A stretch of 63,721 nt of DNA, the filler included. It is 5 parts of 5 records of this genome, joined end to end, with 100 filler letters (N's around TTAATTAATTAA, not from the genome) between each part and the next. Parts side by side here need not be neighbours in the genome. Positions count along the whole stretch, not along the records: positions 53,739 to 59,829 come from SRR20825010_825; positions 59,930 to 63,721 come from SRR20825010_868; 3 more parts are not named here. One strand, given 5' to 3'. A program made the position numbers and the translations under genes. The notes under the pieces are model-generated. The model made no database searches and was not told the DNA's origin. It saw only the letters and a program-made list of their open reading frames with translations. Of this stretch, positions 57,589 through 63,721 are shown piece by piece; positions within the stretch are counted from its first letter, which is position 1; every line of letters begins with the position of its first letter.

Positions 57589-58446
57589 ATGGACCACTTC
57601 GCAATGACCTCAGTTCCTCAAGCAGATGAACACGGATATCCTTATACCGACGAATGGTACAATTCACTCAAGAGATCCCTGGGTGAGGCTGGTTGTCGCC
57701 AGCTCGGCTTCTATCCCATACCTGGCGATTTTCTGCTGTCTGTGGTGATTCCCATTTTCAACGAGCATAAAACCGTCGAAAATCTGATCAATCAGGTAAA
57801 AGCCGTTCCGATTCGAAAAGAACTCGTCCTGGTGGATGATGGCAGTACTGATGGTACTCGAGAGATTCTGAAAAAACTGGAAGAGCGGTTTCTGACGGAA
57901 AATGATTCGCAAAATCTGGTTCGCGTAATCTTCCATGAACAGAACCAGGGCAAGGGGGCCGCCGTCAGGACCGGTTTTATGGAAGCCCAGGGCGACGTCA
58001 TGCTGATTCAGGACGCAGACCTCGAATACGATCCCTCCGAATACCCACGGCTGTTACAACCCATAATTGAAGGCAAAGCAGACGTTGTGTATGGCAGCCG
58101 CTTCCTGGGAGATCAGCCGCACCGGGTGCTGTATTACTGGCATTATCTGGGAAACAGGTTCCTGACCACACTCTCCAACTGCTTTACCAACCTCAATCTG
58201 ACAGATATGGAGACCTGCTATAAACTCTTCAAGAAGGAAGTCATTAAAGAGATTGCCCCGGGACTGTGCCAGAATCGATTCGGAATTGAACCAGAACTCA
58301 CAGCGAAAGTCGCTCGCCGCCAGTGCCGTATCTTTGAAATGTCAATCAGCTACGATGGTCGCACTTACGATCAGGGCAAGAAAATCGGCTGGCGAGATGG
58401 CGTGAAGGCAATCTGGTGTATTGTCCGCTACGGACTCAAGGATTGA
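57589..58446 (+). CDS. Glycosyltransferase family 2 (DPM1-like)
   Basis: [43 protein letters not shown]. Confidence 0.93.
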   Translation: MDHFAMTSVPQADEHGYPYTDEWYNSLKRSLGEAGCRQLGFYPIPGDFLLSVVIPIFNEHKTVENLINQVKAVPIRKELVLVDDGSTDGTREILKKLEERFLTENDSQNLVRVIFHEQNQGKGAAVRTGFMEAQGDVMLIQDADLEYDPSEYPRLLQPIIEGKADVVYGSRFLGDQPHRVLYYWHYLGNRFLTTLSNCFTNLNLTDMETCYKLFKKEVIKEIAPGLCQNRFGIEPELTAKVARRQCRIFEMSISYDGRTYDQGKKIGWRDGVKAIWCIVRYGLKD

Positions 58447-58731
58447 CTTCAGCACGGGGCCTGATGCATTAACATCCCAATTATGAAGCACTTATTTTAT
58501 TAATTGCTTACCTGATCCTTTCTAAAAACTGGTCTGCCAGCATTGCCTGTGACACAGATTTTCCCATAGAATCAGCAACATGTTACTGAAACTCAGAATG
58601 AAACATCTGTCACCTGTAATTTCGCAATATATCTTTCCGCTAAGACGGCTGATTCGACGCGAATGTCACACCATGAGTAATGCAGTTATCAGCAAATTGT
58701 AATAGATCTCAGTAAACGAACGGAACATCAT

Positions 58732-59829
58732 ATGGCCTCTCCTCCGGAGAACCCCCAGGCAACTCCTCCAAAAGGCAAAGCTCCTCAGAAGCAACCAGGT
58801 AAAGAAATTCAGAATACCCCTTCGACCGGTCCTTGGTTGATTATCCTGCTCATCCTTGTGATTGGCAGTCTGATGTTGATGAAAACCTCGCCGGAAAATA
58901 CTGGTTCGAAGGTGGATTACAGTTTCTTTATTTCAGAACTCAAACGGGGGAACGTTGATTCGGTTGACTTCCACGGAGATATCCTGACAGGAAAATGGAA
59001 AACCAAGCCTGAAAATCCCGATAAAGAGAAAAAAGATGAAAAGCTGGCCGAAGAATTTAATACCGTCCTGCCTTCACATCCAGTTGAAGATCGGAACCTG
59101 ATCCCCGAATTGGAAAAACAGGGTGTGACATTCAAGGCGGAAAGCACGAATGTCGGCATTGGTGCCTACATTCTCCCCTGGTTGATTGGACCACTGCTGA
59201 TTATCGGTTTCTTCTGGTTCATGTTAAAACGATCTGCGGATCCCATGGGTTCCGGCATGCTGGGTAATTTTACCAAAAGTCCGGCCAAGCGGTTTCGGCC
59301 TTCAGAAGAACAGACCACCTTCGATGACGTGGCTGCCATGGAACAGGCGAAAGCGGAACTACAGGAAGTCGTAGAATTTTTGAAAACTCCCGCCAAGTTT
59401 CAGCGACTGGGGGCACAGATCCCCAAAGGCGTGCTGCTGATGGGCTCTCCGGGAACCGGAAAGACACTGCTGGCTCGCGCTACTGCAGGCGAAGCAGGAG
59501 TCCCCTTTTATTCGATCAACGGTTCTGAATTTATTCAGATGTTTGTCGGCGTTGGAGCCAGTCGAGTACGCGACCTGTTTCGAACGGCAAAAGAAAACGC
59601 CCCCTGTATCATTTTCGTCGATGAAATCGATGCAGTGGGACGAATTCGCGGCGCCGGTCTGGGGGGAGGCCATGATGAACGGGAACAGACCCTGAATCAG
59701 ATGTTGAGCGAGATGGACGGTTTCCAGCAGAATGAGGCAGTGATCATCATCGCCGCTACGAACCGTCCCGATGTTCTGGACCCGGCATTACTGCGTCCAG
59801 GACGCTTTGACAGGCATATTACCGTGGAT
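58732..59829 (+). CDS. ftsH: ATP-dependent zinc metalloprotease FtsH, 3'-truncated
   Basis: Two TMs, [48 protein letters not shown]. Confidence 0.95.
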
Positions 59830-59929
59830 NNNNNNNNNNNNNNNNNNNNNNNNNNNNNNNNNNNNNNNNNNNNTTAATTAATTAANNNNNNNNNNNNNNN
59901 NNNNNNNNNNNNNNNNNNNNNNNNNNNNN
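59830..59929. other. Artificial contig linker
   Basis: N-run with TTAATTAATTAA. Confidence 0.99.
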
Positions 59930-59930
59930 G

Positions 59931-60278
59931 ACAATAGCCATGCCCAAAGACACCAATTCCAGCGGTGATATTTTTGGTGGCTGGCTACTCTCACAAATGG
60001 ACCTCGGTAGTTCCATTCTGGCTCAGCGGGTTGCAAAGGGTCGCGTGGCCACGGTTGCAATCAGTGAAATGTCGTTTCTTCGACCGGTTCCGGTTGGTGC
60101 CATTGTCAGTTGCTACTGTGAGTTGATGCAGGTCGGCAGCAGCTCCATGACCATCAACGTTGAGGTCTGGATCAACATTGAATCCACCAATGAGCCCGCC
60201 AAGGTAACAGAGGGGCAATTTGTTTTTGTTGCCATCGACGAACGGGGCAAAACCCGCACAGTCAGCAAGGACAAATAA
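59931..60278 (+). CDS. Acyl-CoA thioesterase (YciA-like hotdog fold), probably 5'-truncated
   Basis: (TIA)MPKDTNSSGDIFGGWLLSQMD, FLRPVPVG, FVFVAID. Confidence 0.9.
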   Translation, partial: TIAMPKDTNSSGDIFGGWLLSQMDLGSSILAQRVAKGRVATVAISEMSFLRPVPVGAIVSCYCELMQVGSSSMTINVEVWINIESTNEPAKVTEGQFVFVAIDERGKTRTVSKDK

Positions 60279-60376
60279 AAAAGGTATTGGCTGATAACGC
60301 CAATACCTTTCCATGTTTATGTGTGGGGACGCAATATCACCAACCGGGAAGTCGGCCTGAAGGTACTGAAAAGTTT

Positions 60377-60631
60377 CTATTGCTGCTGCCCGGCTTCTAT
60401 TTTCTCAAAATATTCCGTGAGCTCCTGAAAACCACCGATATATTCTTTGCCGTGGAATATCTGCGGTACCGTATTGACCGGCTGGCCAATAGTTTTGGCG
60501 AGGTCTGCCGGGCTGATACCCTCGTCGTGGATATTCACATAACGGTATTCCAGCCCCTTTTTTTCCATCAGTTCCTTGGCGCGGCGACAGAAACCACAGG
60601 CATCGTGGCCGAATATAGTAAAAGGTTGCAT
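60377..60631 (-). CDS. grxA: Glutaredoxin, GrxA family
   Basis: IFG...CGFC, TVPQIF, YIGGF. Confidence 0.88.
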   Translation of the reverse strand: MQPFTIFGHDACGFCRRAKELMEKKGLEYRYVNIHDEGISPADLAKTIGQPVNTVPQIFHGKEYIGGFQELTEYFEKIEAGQQQ

Positions 60632-60698
60632 AGTGTTTCTCCTGTTGGAATCAGATATTCATAGTAAATACTTTAGCTTTCGACCAACAATAGCTACA

Positions 60699-60735
60699 GC
60701 TAATTATTACTATGCATACAATAGCTATAGACAAT
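60699..60735 (-). promoter_or_regulatory. Putative OxyR-binding site upstream of grxA
   Basis: Minus strand ATTG-N7-CTAT-N7-ATAG-N7-tagc; three of four tetrads of the OxyR consensus. Confidence 0.45.
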
Positions 60736-61499
60736 TATTGGTTTACTAATTCCTTGCGCCACCACAGCATTTTTAGCAAGACCAGGATCGCGGCCGCCGC
60801 CAGCAAGTGTTTGAGGGTATGACCGCTAATGAGGGTGGTTGCGGCAAAAATCTGCTGGTCCAGATACTCCGTCAACTTTGCCATACCGTAGCAGAATAAA
60901 ATAACCAGAATATCCCGGCTTCTGGTAAATCGTGATCGGCTGATGGCCATCAACATGAACAAGAAGAGTATCGGCAAAAACTGCACCAGCAGGTAGGGGC
61001 GCAGGTCACCCCGGCCCAGACTCTCCGTGATATGCCAGTAGATAACGGATCCTGCACCGGTCAACAACAGTGGATAAAAAAGTATTTTTTGTAATGGGCG
61101 GCCCAAATATTCAGCAAATAATGCCGTGATCAGGGACATAAAAACAACGGCCATTGGCAGACGGTCCCAGAACAGTGTCTGATTGGTGGGGTTGATATGA
61201 AACCAGATCGAACCGATGCCGGTAAAAATAACTGCTGTGAATAGCGTCAGATAAACCGGCGTCACGGGAAAATTATCGTGCACCAGTTGCCTTTTACACG
61301 CCATCACGACGCCACAGATGCCGAGCAGAATAAGCGGCAGATTGGACACCACATTCCAGAAGTTTTTTATGCCTAGCAGCATTCTTTGGTCAGCAAACTG
61401 CAGATACTTTTTCGGCTGTGCCACAGGTTCTACCAATAAAAAAAACAGGGCCGTAACGCTGATCAGTATAAGTAGCAGGAACGCAATTTTTTTATCCAT
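60735..61499 (-). CDS. Ceramidase-like (CREST superfamily) membrane protein; start revised to 61499
   Basis: FADQR, NVVSNLP, GSIWFH, WDRLPM, SGHTLKHL. Confidence 0.8.
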   Translation of the reverse strand: MDKKIAFLLLILISVTALFFLLVEPVAQPKKYLQFADQRMLLGIKNFWNVVSNLPLILLGICGVVMACKRQLVHDNFPVTPVYLTLFTAVIFTGIGSIWFHINPTNQTLFWDRLPMAVVFMSLITALFAEYLGRPLQKILFYPLLLTGAGSVIYWHITESLGRGDLRPYLLVQFLPILFLFMLMAISRSRFTRSRDILVILFCYGMAKLTEYLDQQIFAATTLISGHTLKHLLAAAAILVLLKMLWWRKELVNQ

Positions 61500-61810
61500 G
61501 GCGTGAGCACGTTTTCTGGTGTCCGTAAGCCCCTCTACCGTGCAGGAGCACCCACGAGGGCGTCGCCAGGCAAGGATAATATCCCTGAGCACACGCCCCC
61601 GGTAAACAGAACGCTGCCCTTAAACCCGACACAGGATTTTAGCGCAACCTTATCTTCAAAGGTTTTCATATACCTTCAGGAAGAACTGTATCAACCTTCC
61701 GCTATACCTGCCCAGAAACCGGCGGTGCACAGTCGCCGTCAATAAAGCCCTTACTATTCGGGGGTTGCAGCCTTATAATTGCCGACTTTGCATGCCATGG
61801 GGGAACTCAG

Positions 61811-62761
61811 TTGTCACAGACTACACCGGATGTTTCGACATTCCAGGGGCTTATTCTGTCTCTGCAACAGTTTTGGGCAAAGCACCACTGCGTCATCCTT
61901 CAACCGCTGGACATGGAGGTAGGTGCGGGAACCTTCCACCCGGCAACTTTCCTGCGCGCCATTGGCCCCGAAAGCTGGCACAGCGCCTATGTGCAACCCT
62001 GCCGCCGTCCTACAGACGGCCGCTACGGTGAAAATCCCAACCGCCTGCAGCACTACTACCAGTTTCAGGTTGTTCTGAAACCGTCCCCCGATAATATTCA
62101 GGAGCTATATCTCGACTCCCTGCGTCAACTCGGCATTGATACCAATATCCACGATATTCGATTTGTGGAGGATAACTGGGAATCGCCCACGCTGGGCGCG
62201 TGGGGGCTCGGTTGGGAAGTGTGGCTGAATGGCATGGAAGTGACACAGTTCACCTACTTCCAGCAGGTGGGCGGCCTGGAATGTTTTCCTGTCACCGGTG
62301 AGATCACCTACGGTCTCGAACGGATTGCCATGTATTTACAGGGTGTGGATAGCATCTATGACCTGGTATGGACCGAGGGACCGGAAGGCCGTGTCACTTA
62401 CGGGGATGTTTTTCACCAGAATGAGGTGGAGATGTCAGCTTTCAACTTCAACGAGGCGAATGTGGATTTTCTGTTCCACAGCTTCGACGTTTACGAAAGC
62501 GAAAGTCAGCGGTTAATTGAAAAAGGCCTGCCACTACCCGCTTATGAAATGGTCATGAAAGCCTCGCACGCTTTCAATCTGCTGGACGCAAGGCATGCCA
62601 TTTCCGTCACCGAGCGGCAGCGTTTCATTCTCCGTGTGAGGACCCTGGCAAGAGCTGTGGCCCAAGCGTATTTTAACTCACGCTTGGTACTTGGCTTTCC
62701 GCTCGCTCCACCGGCACTTGCCAGTCACGTTAAGCAGCTGGCAGCAGAGGCTCAAACATGA
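61811..62761 (+). CDS. glyQ: Glycine--tRNA ligase alpha subunit
   Basis: [49 protein letters not shown]. Confidence 0.98.
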   Translation: MSQTTPDVSTFQGLILSLQQFWAKHHCVILQPLDMEVGAGTFHPATFLRAIGPESWHSAYVQPCRRPTDGRYGENPNRLQHYYQFQVVLKPSPDNIQELYLDSLRQLGIDTNIHDIRFVEDNWESPTLGAWGLGWEVWLNGMEVTQFTYFQQVGGLECFPVTGEITYGLERIAMYLQGVDSIYDLVWTEGPEGRVTYGDVFHQNEVEMSAFNFNEANVDFLFHSFDVYESESQRLIEKGLPLPAYEMVMKASHAFNLLDARHAISVTERQRFILRVRTLARAVAQAYFNSRLVLGFPLAPPALASHVKQLAAEAQT

Positions 62762-63721
62762 GTTCAGATTTTCTTATTGAAATTGGCACAGAAGAGCTCC
62801 CGCCAAAGTCACTGTTGAACCTGTCAGAGGCTTTTCGGGAGGAGGTTGTAAATCGCCTTTCCGGGCTAAAGCTGAATTTTGGTACCGTTTCCTCATTTGC
62901 ATCGCCCCGTCGTCTGGCAGTGGTTGTCCGTGCGCTCGATCCGATGACCCCCGGGCAGGAAACCGTCAACTGGGGGCCACCCAAATCTGTTGCATTCGAT
63001 CAGGCTGGTATGCCAACCCGCGCCGCCCAGGCCTTTGCCGAAAAAAACAACTGTCCACTAACTGCGTTAGCGGACATGGTTGAGCACGATGGCAAACAGG
63101 AAAAACTGTGCCACAGGGCCAGCCAACCGGGTCAATCAACCGCGGCCCTGCTGGGGGATATCGTGTCCGGCGCTCTGACAGCATTGCCCATTCCAAAGCG
63201 CATGCGCTGGGGTACACGCCGCGAAGAATTCGTCCGGCCCGTTCACTGGATTGTTATGTTATTCGGTAACGATGTTGTCAATACACAGATAATGGGCCTG
63301 CTCGCCGGAAACCGAAGTCGCGGTCACCGTTTCCATGCCCCCAATGAGATCGTTATTGACAGTCCGGCCAGCTATTGTCAGCAACTGAAGCAGGCTTACG
63401 TGTTGGCAGACTTTGATGAACGTCGCCATTTAATTCGGGAAGGCGTCCACGCCGCCGCCAAAAAAGCCGGCGGCCATGCAGCTATCGATGACGATTTGCT
63501 CAATGAAGTGACCGCCCTCAATGAGTGGCCCGTACCATTGGTGGGCCATTTTGAAGCACGCTTTCTCGACGTTCCCGCAGAAGCTCTGATCTCTTCCATG
63601 AAATCTCACCAGAAATATTTTCACGTGCTGGATGACAGCGGCAAGCTAATGCCCATCTTTATTACCGTTGCCAATATAGAGAGCACTGACCCCGAGCAGG
63701 TAATCCGCGGCAATGAAAGGG
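62758..63721 (+). CDS. glyS: Glycine--tRNA ligase beta subunit, runs off window end (not in ORF track)
   Basis: ATGA overlap with gly[44 protein letters not shown]. Confidence 0.96.
   Translation, partial: MSSDFLIEIGTEELPPKSLLNLSEAFREEVVNRLSGLKLNFGTVSSFASPRRLAVVVRALDPMTPGQETVNWGPPKSVAFDQAGMPTRAAQAFAEKNNCPLTALADMVEHDGKQEKLCHRASQPGQSTAALLGDIVSGALTALPIPKRMRWGTRREEFVRPVHWIVMLFGNDVVNTQIMGLLAGNRSRGHRFHAPNEIVIDSPASYCQQLKQAYVLADFDERRHLIREGVHAAAKKAGGHAAIDDDLLNEVTALNEWPVPLVGHFEARFLDVPAEALISSMKSHQKYFHVLDDSGKLMPIFITVANIESTDPEQVIRGNER

Noticed and set aside
62966-63624. Short minus-strand ORFs at the window end
   Set aside because: Antisense to glyS, which the ORF track omits because it has no stop in the window

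Overview
This window is not one genome. It is five unrelated contigs joined by 100-nt N linkers carrying TTAATTAATTAA (20447-20546, 25534-25633, 53639-53738, 59830-59929). Taxonomy below is inferred from composition and protein style. (1) 1-20446, AT-rich, Flavobacteriaceae-like: oxidoreductase, radical SAM, TetR-TolC-MFP-RND efflux operon, polyprenyl synthase, and a metal-homeostasis cluster (TonB-dependent receptor, mntR, mntH-USP, ZIP, feoAB plus a Cys-rich small protein). (2) 20547-25533, Bacteroidota: sulfatase, TIM-barrel lipoprotein, Crp/Fnr regulator, DUF2306, partial Na+/H+ antiporter. (3) 25634-53638, GC-rich, Alcanivorax-like: ffs-dnaX-ybaB-recR, acyl-CoA dehydrogenase, a DctP-like binding protein, an AraC-linked GNAT/GH3/GNAT/HxxxDG-acyltransferase/MFP/RND operon, gpmA, rnd-ycgL-ycgN, a lipoprotein-associated TRAP system with a decayed permease paralog, and an ABC1 kinase. 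(4) 53739-59829, planctomycete-like: rpsA, DUF4432, GT2, partial ftsH. (5) 59930-63721, gammaproteobacterium: thioesterase, grxA, ceramidase-like protein, glyQ, partial glyS. The best candidate for an undescribed system is the GH3-centred acyl-amide biosynthesis and export operon (31467-41679), whose RND pump ends in an RMF-like tail. Other notable signals are an E. coli-type -1 frameshift cassette in dnaX, Hfq/Crc-like A-rich leaders, and intergenic elements with inverted heptamer-periodic arms. No CRISPR array, tRNA, rRNA or transposase was seen.
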